A stretch of DNA of 41,813 bases. Origin: a bacterium. Its GTDB lineage: Bacteria > Zhuqueibacterota > QNDG01 > JABMRT01. The DNA lies in contig JAFGEX010000343.1 in assembly GCA_016931355.1 (NCBI GenBank), forward strand, positions 1 through 41,813. Direction: 5' to 3'. Both the position numbers and the translations under genes were made by a program. Below, piece after piece: positions 8,471-18,488 of the stretch (its first letter is position 1; the number at the start of each line of letters is the position of its first letter). The notes beneath the pieces were generated by a model, which did no database searches, was not told the origin of the DNA, and saw nothing but the letters and a program-made list of their open reading frames with translations.

Positions 8471-9703
8471 TTATAATGATTTTCGAATGGCCGTCGCCGG
8501 AGACAGTTTTGCCGCATAAACAGCCGGATAAATTCCGACGATGATGGTCAACAAAAAGGTCCAGCTTGGATAAATCACAAATTGCCTCATTTCCATCACC
8601 GGATAAATCAATCGGCGAAAAGTGACACCGGCCCATTCAATCCCGCTGTAGTCGATGCCCATTTTGCCCACAGCCGCGGTGACGATGAAGCCGATACTGT
8701 TTCCCAGGAGTATGCTCAAAACCGCCAGGGCGCCCGCCTCGCATAAAATCAGTTTTGCCACCCCAAACGGACGCGTTCCGACCGCACGCAGCACGCCGAA
8801 TTCGAACATGCGCTCGTAAAGCGACATGAAGAGGGTGTTGACGATCCCCAACGCCACCACGCCGAATAAAACGGCTCCGATGAGCAAGGTGCTGAAATCC
8901 GACAAGTCCAACGCCGCTTTCAGTTCCGAACAAATTTTTGTCCATCCCAAGGCCTCATTCCCATTTTGAGAGTATTTCTCCCAGAAGGGAAGGGATTCAT
9001 CGCCGCCGTACTGGGATCCGGTGAATTGGATGGCGATTTCATGCACGTTGTCCGGGATGCCAAATATCTGTTGCGCTTTGATCAGACGGATGAACGCCAT
9101 GCCGGCGTCCATTTCCCGGATATTGAAACGAGTGATGCCGGAAACCCGGAACATTTCCTGCGAGAGGTCGCCGGTACGGGCTTCCGAAACGGTCACCACA
9201 ACCCGGTCTCCGAGTCCGACCTCGAGAAGATCCGCCAATTTGCTGCCGATCACGATGTCGTGGTCGTTCGGGCCGCTGAAAAACGAGCCCCTGATGATCG
9301 CCTCGTCCACCTGGGAAACGGCCGCCTCCGTCTCCGGCTGAATGCCGACCAATTCCACGGCGCTGAAATTGGCGGCGGAGCTGATCATGCCCAGATTCAT
9401 GACCCGCAGCGTGAAATGCCGGACAATCGGCTCTTTCTTCAGATCGGCCACGACGTCGTCGAGTCCGTTGATGGTCGCCTCCACGGATTGAGTCTGTCGA
9501 AACCCCTTCCGATGGATCTGGCCTTCTCCAAGAAAAGAGGCGGTCGCCGATTGGATCATATTCTCATTCATGCCGATGATCAGGGCGTCGGTGAAAATCA
9601 AGGCCGCCAATCCCAGGCCGATGGCTGTGCCCGCGATGAAGGAGCGGCGCTTGTTTCGGAACAGGTTCCGCCAGGCCAGTTTGAAATAAATCCACATCGC
9701 CAT
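8471..9703 (-). CDS. ABC transporter permease (LolC/E, MacB/FtsX type)
   Basis: AWRNLFRNKRRS, periplasmic domain, NTLFMSLYERMFEFGVLRAVG. Confidence 0.92.
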   Translation of the reverse strand: MAMWIYFKLAWRNLFRNKRRSFIAGTAIGLGLAALIFTDALIIGMNENMIQSATASFLGEGQIHRKGFRQTQSVEATINGLDDVVADLKKEPIVRHFTLRVMNLGMISSAANFSAVELVGIQPETEAAVSQVDEAIIRGSFFSGPNDHDIVIGSKLADLLEVGLGDRVVVTVSEARTGDLSQEMFRVSGITRFNIREMDAGMAFIRLIKAQQIFGIPDNVHEIAIQFTGSQYGGDESLPFWEKYSQNGNEALGWTKICSELKAALDLSDFSTLLIGAVLFGVVALGIVNTLFMSLYERMFEFGVLRAVGTRPFGVAKLILCEAGALAVLSILLGNSIGFIVTAAVGKMGIDYSGIEWAGVTFRRLIYPVMEMRQFVIYPSWTFLLTIIVGIYPAVYAAKLSPATAIRKSL

Positions 9704-9708
9704 AACCT

Positions 9709-10923
9709 CTAGTGGATTCTCATCGCCTTGGCCGGTCGGATATGCGCCGCCCGCAAGGCCGGGAAGACGCTGACCAGCGATGCGGACAGGAAGACCGACA
9801 AACCCGGCAGATACAACGTGCGCGCATTTACGGCCGAGTACATCTTGTCAAACGTGACGCCTCCGTAGGTAAACGGAGTCGGTATCGTGACTCCATGAAC
9901 GGACAAAAACCGGTTGATCAGCATGCTGACGCAGATCCCCAGAACGATGCTTGCCAGCGTGATGAGGTTGACCTCGCATACGACCTGCCAGAAAATCTGG
10001 CTCGGGCGGGTGCCGACGGCCTTTGCCATGCCGTATTCCCGGGTGCGCTCCAGCACCGACATCAGAACCGTGTTCAACACGCCGATGGACACAATCAGCA
10101 CGATCACAAAGATCATGATCCACATGCCCTCCAGATCGGCTTTCATCGCGTGATAAAAGGATCTGGCGAATTCCTGCCAGGGTTCCACCGACAATCCCGG
10201 TGCATGGAGCCGTTCCCTGATTGTTCGGGTCAGCCTGTCGATCGAATGAAGGTTTTTGGCAATCACGGCGATTTCATGAACCTGCGAGGGAAGGACGAAC
10301 AGTGCCTGGGCGTCCGCAAGATGCATGTAAACGGACATGCGGTCGCTCGTCTCCTCCCCGCTTTGAATGATGCCGACGATGCGGTACAAATCGTTGGCGA
10401 TGGAGCCGTCGGCTGCCTGCGACACCATGATCAATTCGTCGTCAACCGTCGCCTTCAGAACCTCCGCCAATGATTTTCCCAAAATGACACCGTGTTCCGC
10501 CCGCCCGCCGAAGGCCTTTCCGGAAATGATTTTTTGATTGAACCGCGTCGCCCGCTGTTCCCTTTCCGGATCGATCCCGATGATCTGAACGGCCGCGCTG
10601 TTGTCGCCGACGGATGCCAATCCCGCCGAATACAGCCTCGGCGTCCAGGTCTCCACGCCGGCCAGTCCCTGAATGGCCTGCCCGATTTGTTCGTAACGTT
10701 TGATGGAATTGTAAATCGAAGGCTTGTCCAGGTACCCTTTGCCGTGCACCTGAATATGACCCAGGCGATTCCGCGTGAACATGTCGATGATGTTGTTGTA
10801 AGTGCCGTCCGACCAGCCGATTGAAATCGCGGACAGGACGAAGCCGCCGAACATGGTAAGCAGGGTGAGGACAGTCCTCCGTTTCTGACGAAGGGTGTTT
10901 CGGAGTGCAATTTTGAATATCAT
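9709..10923 (-). CDS. ABC transporter permease (LolC/E, MacB/FtsX type)
   Basis: ALRNTLRQKRRT, NTVLMSVLERTREYGMAKAVG, FPALRAA. Confidence 0.92.
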   Translation of the reverse strand: MIFKIALRNTLRQKRRTVLTLLTMFGGFVLSAISIGWSDGTYNNIIDMFTRNRLGHIQVHGKGYLDKPSIYNSIKRYEQIGQAIQGLAGVETWTPRLYSAGLASVGDNSAAVQIIGIDPEREQRATRFNQKIISGKAFGGRAEHGVILGKSLAEVLKATVDDELIMVSQAADGSIANDLYRIVGIIQSGEETSDRMSVYMHLADAQALFVLPSQVHEIAVIAKNLHSIDRLTRTIRERLHAPGLSVEPWQEFARSFYHAMKADLEGMWIMIFVIVLIVSIGVLNTVLMSVLERTREYGMAKAVGTRPSQIFWQVVCEVNLITLASIVLGICVSMLINRFLSVHGVTIPTPFTYGGVTFDKMYSAVNARTLYLPGLSVFLSASLVSVFPALRAAHIRPAKAMRIH

Positions 10924-10924
10924 G

Positions 10925-11692
10925 TCACCGTCCGGATTGCAGGTTTCTCAAATTGAAAACGTCATCCGCGACAGGAACGTCGAACGCGGCATCCAGGTAT
11001 CGAATGATCGTTTTCTGCCCTTCCTTGTTCTGCGGAATCAGTTCCATCACGGTCGGAATCCTGCGGTTGCCCAGCACTTGAATATCCTTAAAATGAATCA
11101 GGCGCATCAGCCCGCCTTTTTCATCATAATATTCTTCCCACACCGGCAGCGTGTCCTCACGCCGCACCGCCACGACAACCTTGCCCCAGACGACGGCCAC
11201 ATTTTCATTGGGGATCAACCGAAGATAAATCAAGCTGTCCTGCGCGTCTTCCCCGCGGATCCGTTCAAACTGATAGTCGTCCGTCCAGGTATATTCTTTG
11301 ACGAGATCATCATTGGTAAAATCGGATCCCATCCAGGAGCTCATCATCATGGAAGGGGGGACCTTGATGACCTTGTTGATCTTGGGCAGGTAATTCCACA
11401 TCTCATTCTTGATTCGCAGAGTCGCCACGCCTTCATCCTTGGCGGGTGCCAAAATGCGGATGAAGGTCTTGTCCATCCCCTTGAACCAGGCCTTCATCTT
11501 GAGGGTGCGCTCCCAATGAGGGGTTTGGATCACCATCTCCATTCGGACATAACTGGAGTTGCTTCGGTAGAGTGCATCCAGTCGCCGGACCATTTCCTGG
11601 ACATCCGGCGCTGCGTTGTTCTCTCCCGCCCCGAGCCTGAAGGGGACGTGAACGGCGGCGATCCATACGAATAAGAATCTTTTCATGAGCAT
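10925..11692 (-). CDS. LolA-like outer-membrane lipoprotein-sorting protein
   Basis: Signal peptide; MWNYLPK..KVIK, SWMGSDFTNDDL, F..RNL motifs. Start is 11692 or 11686. Confidence 0.85.
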   Translation of the reverse strand: MLMKRFLFVWIAAVHVPFRLGAGENNAAPDVQEMVRRLDALYRSNSSYVRMEMVIQTPHWERTLKMKAWFKGMDKTFIRILAPAKDEGVATLRIKNEMWNYLPKINKVIKVPPSMMMSSWMGSDFTNDDLVKEYTWTDDYQFERIRGEDAQDSLIYLRLIPNENVAVVWGKVVVAVRREDTLPVWEEYYDEKGGLMRLIHFKDIQVLGNRRIPTVMELIPQNKEGQKTIIRYLDAAFDVPVADDVFNLRNLQSGR

Positions 11693-11813
11693 CCTTCGCT
11701 CCTTGGCGGAAAAAATCAACGGTTTTAAAGTTCTGTTTAAAAGGGAAATTCGACGGATCCAGTCCCGGGTCCTGCCGCGGGACCGTCCGGAAGGGGCGCA
11801 CGGCCGGGCGTCC

Positions 11814-13256
11814 CTACAAAGTCCGGTCCGGCACCCACATGTCCTGCCAGGTCAATCCGCATTTCCGCGCCATATCCAGGCAGTACTCCAGCCTCCCCAA
11901 ATCCGCATCCGCGTTGTTCGTGCCGAACGTGAATTTCACGCCTGCCTCTTTTGCGCGCCTGATGAAGGCTTCGCTTGGGATCCGGTAGCGCGCATTGATT
12001 TCGACCGCCACTCCGTTACTGACCGCCGCATCGATCACCTGCTGCATGCGCTCAGGAGTCCAGAGCGAATCGTACTCAGAAGCCAGCGTGTCCGGCAGGA
12101 AGGTCGCGTTGACGTAGATGTCGATCGGTTCATTTTCCATGATCGATGCGATGCGGTTCACCAGCATGTCCATGAATGCCTGCCTGTCCCCGACATGCAC
12201 TTCTTCGGGTATCCAAAGCCGCATGCGCCTGCCCTGATCGTCTGTGAATGTCATGGCGTCCGTGAACACATAATCGAAACGGTCGATCATTTTCCTGGAG
12301 AAAAGGCCTGTCCATTCGCGGCCCTCGGCCTGCATGCCGATAAAGGCCGGGATGCCCTGCATGGATTTCAAATACGCTTCGATCCCGCGGTCGTCTGAGA
12401 TGGGGAAACCGAGTCCGCAGTTGGCTGCGATTCCGTAGAAAATCCCGGTCTTTCTCGAATTCTCCAGCGCCTTTTCAGGCGTCAAACCGCCCTTGGCGTG
12501 CACATGCAGATCCAGAACCGGGAAATTCTCCATGCCCAGACGCACGATTTCCTCATCGATGGAGTCCGCAGCAGCGGCATACCCTGAATAGCCCGGATCA
12601 TCCGGAAGAATCTTCACCCGGATGTTTCGGTAATGGACTTCGCTGCCCGGATCATGGCATTGCAGGGCGAATGTGCCGGATGAAAGGCTGCGTCCCGGTT
12701 CCCCGGACTCCAGTTTTTCCGGCTCCGTGTAGTCCACGACCGGGATACCGTCCAGAGACACCTGGATCCGTTTGCCGCGTACTGAAATCCCGATGCGGAA
12801 CCATTTGTCGTCCCGGGCCATGGCCTTGTACAGGTTGCGTACACCGTACAGGCTCGCGGTTTTCTTCAGTTCGCGGTAATCCCCTTCCCCTTTATGAGAA
12901 TTATTGACCTGGACTTCGTAGCCTTGCGACGGCCAGCCATCCTCCTGGAAGCGGGTGTGAAAATAGATGCCGGAATTGGCGCCTGGTTTTGTCAGCACTT
13001 CAGCGCTGAATTCGAAATTGCTGATATCCGCCTGCTCTTGGTCGCCCTTATAAAAGAGATGGGCCCTGGGCCCCCTGCATATCAATTCGCCGTTTTCCAC
13101 AGAGAACGAACCCGGATTCTCGGAGGCCTTCCATCCGTCCAGGTTTTTACCGTTGAAAAGGGAGGTCCATCCAGTTTCGGTCGTGCAGGACAACAATCCG
13201 GATAACAGGACGAATCCGGAGAGGAAAAGGAACACCCGCATTTTTAAATCAGTCAT
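11814..13256 (-). CDS. DUF1080 (3-keto-disaccharide hydrolase-like) domain fused to a PHP-like domain; probable lipoprotein
   Basis: LLSC lipobox; LFNGKNLDGW, NSGIYF, GYEVQ, FALQCH, YRNIRVK; C-terminal DLHVH...EINARY...FTFGTN. ATGA-coupled to the upstream gene. Confidence 0.85.
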   Translation of the reverse strand: MTDLKMRVFLFLSGFVLLSGLLSCTTETGWTSLFNGKNLDGWKASENPGSFSVENGELICRGPRAHLFYKGDQEQADISNFEFSAEVLTKPGANSGIYFHTRFQEDGWPSQGYEVQVNNSHKGEGDYRELKKTASLYGVRNLYKAMARDDKWFRIGISVRGKRIQVSLDGIPVVDYTEPEKLESGEPGRSLSSGTFALQCHDPGSEVHYRNIRVKILPDDPGYSGYAAAADSIDEEIVRLGMENFPVLDLHVHAKGGLTPEKALENSRKTGIFYGIAANCGLGFPISDDRGIEAYLKSMQGIPAFIGMQAEGREWTGLFSRKMIDRFDYVFTDAMTFTDDQGRRMRLWIPEEVHVGDRQAFMDMLVNRIASIMENEPIDIYVNATFLPDTLASEYDSLWTPERMQQVIDAAVSNGVAVEINARYRIPSEAFIRRAKEAGVKFTFGTNNADADLGRLEYCLDMARKCGLTWQDMWVPDRTL

Positions 13257-14359
13257 GATTTGTCTCCCATGAGCCACTCGACGATGTAGGGATTTCCGAA
13301 ATCCACATTCCCGAGTTCCGTCTGGCTGAAATCCACGCCTTTGAATGATGTATCCTTCAGGTTCGCATGCCCGAGCTTTGCATAGGACATGCCCGCTTTT
13401 TCGAAATTGGCGGAAGACAGATTGGCGCTCGTGAAATCCGCGGAATGGCAGTCAGCCCCGGTAAAATCCGCTCCGGAACAATCCGCGAGGCTCACATTGG
13501 CGCCGTGAAAATCCGCATGCTGAAACACGGCCATGGCCAGAGTGGCGCGTGAAAGATTGGCGCCGTAGAGAACCGTCCTTTCCCCGACTGCTCCGGAAAG
13601 ATTGGCCATGGACAGATTCGCCTCCCTGAGGTTGCAGTCGGACAGAACCGCCTTTTCCAGGTCCGCTTCCTCGAGATCCGCCTTCCGGAGATTCACATTC
13701 TTGAACACCTTGCCTTTCAGGGGCATGCCGGACAGATTGCATTCGGAAAAATCCGCTCCGGCGAAATGGCAGGAGGAGAGGTTCAGGCTGCGCAGGTCCT
13801 GGCCCGGCATCTTCGTGTTTTCCAGATTGAGCTGCGCCATCCGGCAGCCGTTCATCGCTGCTTTGGTCAGATCCGCTGCGAACAGGTTCGAACCCTTGAG
13901 CAGGGCGCCGGAGAGATCGGCCTGGCGCAGAACGGTGTGCTTCAGGATCGTGCCTGTCAGGTTGGCCTGCACCAGCTTCGCGCCGGAAAGGTTGGCGCCG
14001 CTGAAATCCGCTCCGGAGAGGTCCGCACCGCGCAGGTCCGCGCCTCTCAGGTCCGCGCTGGAGAAATCCGCGTCGCGGAGAATCGCTTTGAATAAGATGC
14101 AACCGCCGGCACTCGCGATTTTCAGCATGGCCCCGGTCAGATCCGCACCGCGCAGATCCGTGCCGCTTAAGTTGGCGGATTTGAAGCGTACGAACCGGAG
14201 ATTGGCATGATGCATCCTGAATCCGCTGAGATCCAGGTTCTCCTCCACCATGGCCTCCAGGTTCAGGGGCTCCTGGAGGCTGTCGAGCTGCTGGCGCCTC
14301 ATCATCCCCAGGGCTTTTCTTGTGCTGAGGACGAGCTTCACGTGCTTCGGATTGGCCAT
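13253..14359 (-). CDS. Pentapeptide-repeat protein
   Basis: Long run of A(D/N)(L/F)xx repeats; N-terminus MANPKHV. Confidence 0.93.
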   Translation of the reverse strand: MANPKHVKLVLSTRKALGMMRRQQLDSLQEPLNLEAMVEENLDLSGFRMHHANLRFVRFKSANLSGTDLRGADLTGAMLKIASAGGCILFKAILRDADFSSADLRGADLRGADLSGADFSGANLSGAKLVQANLTGTILKHTVLRQADLSGALLKGSNLFAADLTKAAMNGCRMAQLNLENTKMPGQDLRSLNLSSCHFAGADFSECNLSGMPLKGKVFKNVNLRKADLEEADLEKAVLSDCNLREANLSMANLSGAVGERTVLYGANLSRATLAMAVFQHADFHGANVSLADCSGADFTGADCHSADFTSANLSSANFEKAGMSYAKLGHANLKDTSFKGVDFSQTELGNVDFGNPYIVEWLMGDKS

Positions 14360-14622
14360 GACAGTATCCTTTTTTTCAGAGAAGAAAGAGGCCTGCTACC
14401 GGTCGGGTTTCAGATGATTCCGCGTGTGCTCTGCGAAATATTTTGTAAAATGCAGGCCGTTCCCTGTTGATGATCTTCAGCCGGTGCGTTCAAGAGTAAG
14501 AAAATCAATCCTCCTGAAAATATCAAGATATTCTTTCAGAAAAGGAACCAAATCCGCGGGCGGGAGTTTAGAGATGTTCGGGGAATGTGAAGCAAGGTCG
14601 AGAGGCAAAAGGGGTGACTGTC

Positions 14623-15555
14623 ATGAAACGGAAACCATTCGGAATGGCGGCAGGCCTGCTGTGCCTGCTTTTCATCGCGTTAAAAATCGGAGCCCAGGAC
14701 AACATGAAACAGAAACCATTGACCCGGGAAGAGGAGCGGGTGATTCTCCACAAAGGGACGGAGGCGCCCTTTACAGGCGAATACGTCGATCATCATGAAA
14801 AAGGAACGTATGTGTGCAGGCAATGCGGTGCGGCTCTCTACAAGTCCGAGGACAAGTTCGAATCCCATTGCGGGTGGCCCTCCTTCGACGACGAGATCGA
14901 GGGCGCGGTGAAACGCGTCCCGGACCGGGACGGGATGCGGACGGAAATCGTATGCGCGAAATGCGGCGGGCATCTCGGACATGTTTTTCTCAATGAAGGG
15001 TTCACTTCAAAGAACACGCGGCATTGCGTGAATTCGATTTCCATGGATTTCATCCCAGCCGCTTCTGCTGCTGCAGAAGAGACGGCTGTATTCGCGGGCG
15101 GCTGTTTCTGGGGCGTGGAGCATCATTTCGCCGGGAAGAAAGGTGTGATTTCAACAGAGGTCGGGTACACGGGCGGGCATACTCAGAATCCGACCTACGA
15201 GGAGGTGTGTTCGCACGGCACAGGCCACGCGGAGGCGCTCAAGGTCGTATTCGATCCCTCGCAAACCTCTTTCGAGGAATTGGCCAAACTGTTCTTCGAA
15301 ATACACGATCCCACGCAGGTAAACCGCCAGGGCCCGGACATCGGAGACCAGTACCGAAGCCAAATATTCTATCAGAGCGAATCGCAAAAAAAGACGGCTG
15401 AAAAACTGATACGCATCCTGGTGGAAAAGGGATTGCGCATCGCCACGAAGCTCACGAAGGCGGGCGAATTCTGGAAGGCGGAGGACTACCACCAGGATTA
15501 TTACGAGAAAACCGGAAAGCAGCCTTACTGCCATGTGTACACGAAGCGGTTCTGA
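14623..15555 (+). CDS. msrAB: Bifunctional methionine sulfoxide reductase MsrB-MsrA with signal peptide
   Basis: MsrB: GTEAPF, CGWPSF, GHLGHVF, RHCVNS. MsrA: FAGGCFWG, YEEVC..TGHAE, HDPTQ, QYRS, AEDYHQDY. Confidence 0.95.
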   Translation: MKRKPFGMAAGLLCLLFIALKIGAQDNMKQKPLTREEERVILHKGTEAPFTGEYVDHHEKGTYVCRQCGAALYKSEDKFESHCGWPSFDDEIEGAVKRVPDRDGMRTEIVCAKCGGHLGHVFLNEGFTSKNTRHCVNSISMDFIPAASAAAEETAVFAGGCFWGVEHHFAGKKGVISTEVGYTGGHTQNPTYEEVCSHGTGHAEALKVVFDPSQTSFEELAKLFFEIHDPTQVNRQGPDIGDQYRSQIFYQSESQKKTAEKLIRILVEKGLRIATKLTKAGEFWKAEDYHQDYYEKTGKQPYCHVYTKRF

Positions 15556-15562
15556 GCAGAAC

Positions 15563-15593
15563 GGGGATCGGGGACCGGGGATAGGGGTTCGGG
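15563..15593 (+). repeat. G-rich heptamer tandem repeat (G-quadruplex-compatible)
   Basis: GGGGATC GGGGACC GGGGATA GGGGTTC GGG just after the msrAB stop. Confidence 0.75.
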
Positions 15594-15921
15594 AAAGATG
15601 CGCTTCAAGCATCGAAGGGGTTTGGAAAATTTTCCTCCGGGAGGTCAGCCCATTACCGATGCTTCATGTGCACAAAGGTTTGGACTGGTCAGCGAAGGGG
15701 AAGACCTACCGGAGGTGATGGTATCAGATCTTTCAATAAATCTGAAATCGTGAATCTGCTATCTGGATTCTGAGATAATTTTGGGGACGCTGTCATCCCG
15801 GGCCAACAGGGCAGGCAGATTTACAGTCCTGGTTGAGATTCCTCAATGCCTTCGGTGCATACAAGCCTCACGCCCGGGATACAGGGAGGGAATTACCGGA
15901 GGATTCATTTCTGACGATGCA

Positions 15922-16914
15922 TCACCGCACGACAAACACCGGCTGCATCCATGCAGCGCGCCCCTTTGAATCCGTGATTTTCGCGCGTACGTAATTTCTT
16001 TCGTCTGACAGATGATAAACGGCAGGATTTCTTTTTGTCGAACGCAGGATTTTCCCGCCCGAACCGATGAACTCGGTTTTATATTCCAGCCCCGCTTCCC
16101 GCTCGATCAAAATCTCGATTTTCCGTTGCTGAATGTGGAGATTCCGGATCCCGACTCCTGTGCTGGAATAGAAAAGCCCGGATTCGAGGCTCCTGAGTAT
16201 GTCCTCCGGTTCCAGCCGCATCGCCTGAACAACGATCCATCCCCTGCCCGGATTGGAAAGTTCCGGCGAGAACCTCTTATACTCATGGCCGTCGTCCGAG
16301 GCGATGCCGTACATGCGCCTGCCCGAAGTGAGCACGAAATCCCAGACTTCCTCCAGTCCCGGATGGTTTTCATCCCCCTCATTGTTGGTGCCCGGGCACC
16401 CGTTGTACAGTTCGAACAAATTGCAGTTTTCCGCGCCGGACAGGGCGTACCGGTCCAGCCTCCACTGGAAATTCGGATGATTGATCACAGGGACGCCGTT
16501 CTGCCTGCGCACATCATCGATCAATTCCTGGAGCACTGTGGATACGGTTTCGCCATGCCAGGGCAGTATCGCTTCGCGGATGTTAAGGCCGTTGATTTCG
16601 AGCAGGTCCTCTCCGGAATATCCCATGATTTCCTCTCCCGGCATGAGAAGAAACGAGGAGTCCGCGAGAGCGGTCAGTTCCGGCGGGTATGTGACGACGG
16701 AGTGATCCGTGATAACGAGGAATGAATAGCCGCGGTCCTTGTACCATTGCGCGACCCCCGGCACTGTGGAATCACTTTCCCCCTCGCGCGCATGTGTGTG
16801 CGTATTGCCCTTGTACCAGCGCATGCCCGCCGTGTCGCGGATTTCGAAACGAAGGCGAGGGGAGGTGCAGTATATAATAAAAAGGAGGATGAACAGGATT
16901 GAATACCGTTTCAT
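15922..16914 (-). CDS. PHP-domain (CehA/McbA-like) metallohydrolase, exported
   Basis: WYKGNTHTH, ITDH, INHP, ASDDGH, GRGWIVV, GLFYSSTG. Confidence 0.85.
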   Translation of the reverse strand: MKRYSILFILLFIIYCTSPRLRFEIRDTAGMRWYKGNTHTHAREGESDSTVPGVAQWYKDRGYSFLVITDHSVVTYPPELTALADSSFLLMPGEEIMGYSGEDLLEINGLNIREAILPWHGETVSTVLQELIDDVRRQNGVPVINHPNFQWRLDRYALSGAENCNLFELYNGCPGTNNEGDENHPGLEEVWDFVLTSGRRMYGIASDDGHEYKRFSPELSNPGRGWIVVQAMRLEPEDILRSLESGLFYSSTGVGIRNLHIQQRKIEILIEREAGLEYKTEFIGSGGKILRSTKRNPAVYHLSDERNYVRAKITDSKGRAAWMQPVFVVR

Positions 16915-16979
16915 TCGATTTTCCTTTTCACTTTCAGCACGGCGTTCTCGTGATGTTGTCGATTCACGAACGGTTCCGG

Positions 16980-18488
16980 CTAAACCAGGAGCATCAACGA
17001 ACTCAACGGCAGGCTGACGATTCTCGGATCGTCGATCCGGGTTTCCTCGGTTTGTGTGACCAACAACCCGAAAGGCGCATTGTTCTGAGTTTTTTCTATG
17101 AAAGAGCGCAATCCCTCGGTATCCCGGAGGGGATCAATCCTGCGCTGGTACTTGACCTCAATGGGGATGCGCTTTGCGCCGATGGTAATGACAAAATCGA
17201 CTTCCGGTTCGTTCTTTCTTTCCGGAAAATGGGACAAATCCAGGCCACCAAGAGTGGATAGGACGGAGCCGGTCACGCTTTCGGCAATATATCCGGCCAT
17301 TGTCGTCAGATGCGGCTCATTCTGAAGCGCAGTCGGATCGAGGGGGATTTTTTCCTGCAGCCAGCTCATCCGAAGACCATGGTCGGCGAGACAGATTTTG
17401 GAAGCGCCTCGTTTCCTTTTCAGGCGTATTTCGAGCGGTGGGATGAGGCGGATGAGCAGGGTATTGTCAAGAAACTTCAAGTATTGAGTGATTCTATGAG
17501 GACCGACGTTTGCTCCGATGGCCCGATGAACCTCGCGGGCATAGGTTTCCGGCGGTGTGGATTGGCCCGCATAACGGCATGCGAGGCGGAATGTTTCTTC
17601 GAGCAATTGAGGATCCCGCTTGCGGCCTTTTTCTCCGATCCGCAGGTCATGCTGAATGACGCGCCTGATCACGTTTTCGTTGAGCTGATCCGCGATGTAC
17701 TCCCATTGGATATCCATCCTTTCATGACCGATGGGGTACCCGCCTCTCTCGGAGAACCATGAAAATGCCCGGTCTTTTTTGTCTTTTTTGTTTTCTCCAT
17801 GATTCTTCAGGTCGAGCCAGAAATCCTTGCGCGTCAGGGCTTCGAGCCCGTTTTCCTCCCAGAACGGATTTCCGAGATCGACAGAATGGAATTTTGCAAT
17901 GTCCGTCAGCGACAGGACGCCGGCGTCAATCGTGGAGATTCTTCCCGCAAGGCTGTCCCTGCCCATTTCGAGCCTCAAGGCCGAACTGCCGGTGACGATC
18001 ATTTGAAGCGTGGAATGATCGACGAGAAATTTCAATTGCGCATCCCAATCTTCGAGATTCTGGACCTCGTCCAAAAAAATGCATGCGGGCGTTCCGGCGT
18101 GGGCCGCTTCGTTTAAGGTCTTCCGGAGGACCGTTCTTTCATACCATTCCACAATTCGGAGAATGGGTTCGGAAAGCCGCTTGAAGGAGGGTATTTCCTC
18201 GAACTGCAGGCGCATGATTCGATCGGGCGCAATGCCCTTTTTCAGCAGATCGCTGATCATCTGTTTCTGGGCTACTGTTTTGCCGATCTGCCTGGGGCCT
18301 CGGACAATGACGATGGGTGCCAGCCGCCTTTCAAATCGTGTTTTCATCTGATCGACAAGGTGGCGCCGCGTTTCGGGCAGCACGGACATCGGCTTGTCCT
18401 GCCACCAGGGATTCATCTCCAGAATGTCCGAAACCAGAACATCGGAGAGTTCCATGCCGCTGAAGTAAAACGATTTATCTTCCTGCAT
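16980..18488 (-). CDS. AAA_14 ATPase with DUF4143 / PD-(D/E)XK-like C-terminus
   Basis: MNPWW, GPRQIGKT Walker A, IFLDEVQ Walker B, VTGSS, GGYP, EVDFV...IPIEVKY; start 18488 after GGAGGA. Confidence 0.88.
   Translation of the reverse strand: MQEDKSFYFSGMELSDVLVSDILEMNPWWQDKPMSVLPETRRHLVDQMKTRFERRLAPIVIVRGPRQIGKTVAQKQMISDLLKKGIAPDRIMRLQFEEIPSFKRLSEPILRIVEWYERTVLRKTLNEAAHAGTPACIFLDEVQNLEDWDAQLKFLVDHSTLQMIVTGSSALRLEMGRDSLAGRISTIDAGVLSLTDIAKFHSVDLGNPFWEENGLEALTRKDFWLDLKNHGENKKDKKDRAFSWFSERGGYPIGHERMDIQWEYIADQLNENVIRRVIQHDLRIGEKGRKRDPQLLEETFRLACRYAGQSTPPETYAREVHRAIGANVGPHRITQYLKFLDNTLLIRLIPPLEIRLKRKRGASKICLADHGLRMSWLQEKIPLDPTALQNEPHLTTMAGYIAESVTGSVLSTLGGLDLSHFPERKNEPEVDFVITIGAKRIPIEVKYQRRIDPLRDTEGLRSFIEKTQNNAPFGLLVTQTEETRIDDPRIVSLPLSSLMLLV

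Noticed and set aside
14514-14539. Imperfect palindrome CTGAAAATATC-AA-GATATTCTTTCAG in the divergent pentapeptide/msrAB gap
   Set aside because: AT-rich, single occurrence and no cognate regulator nearby; insufficient support.
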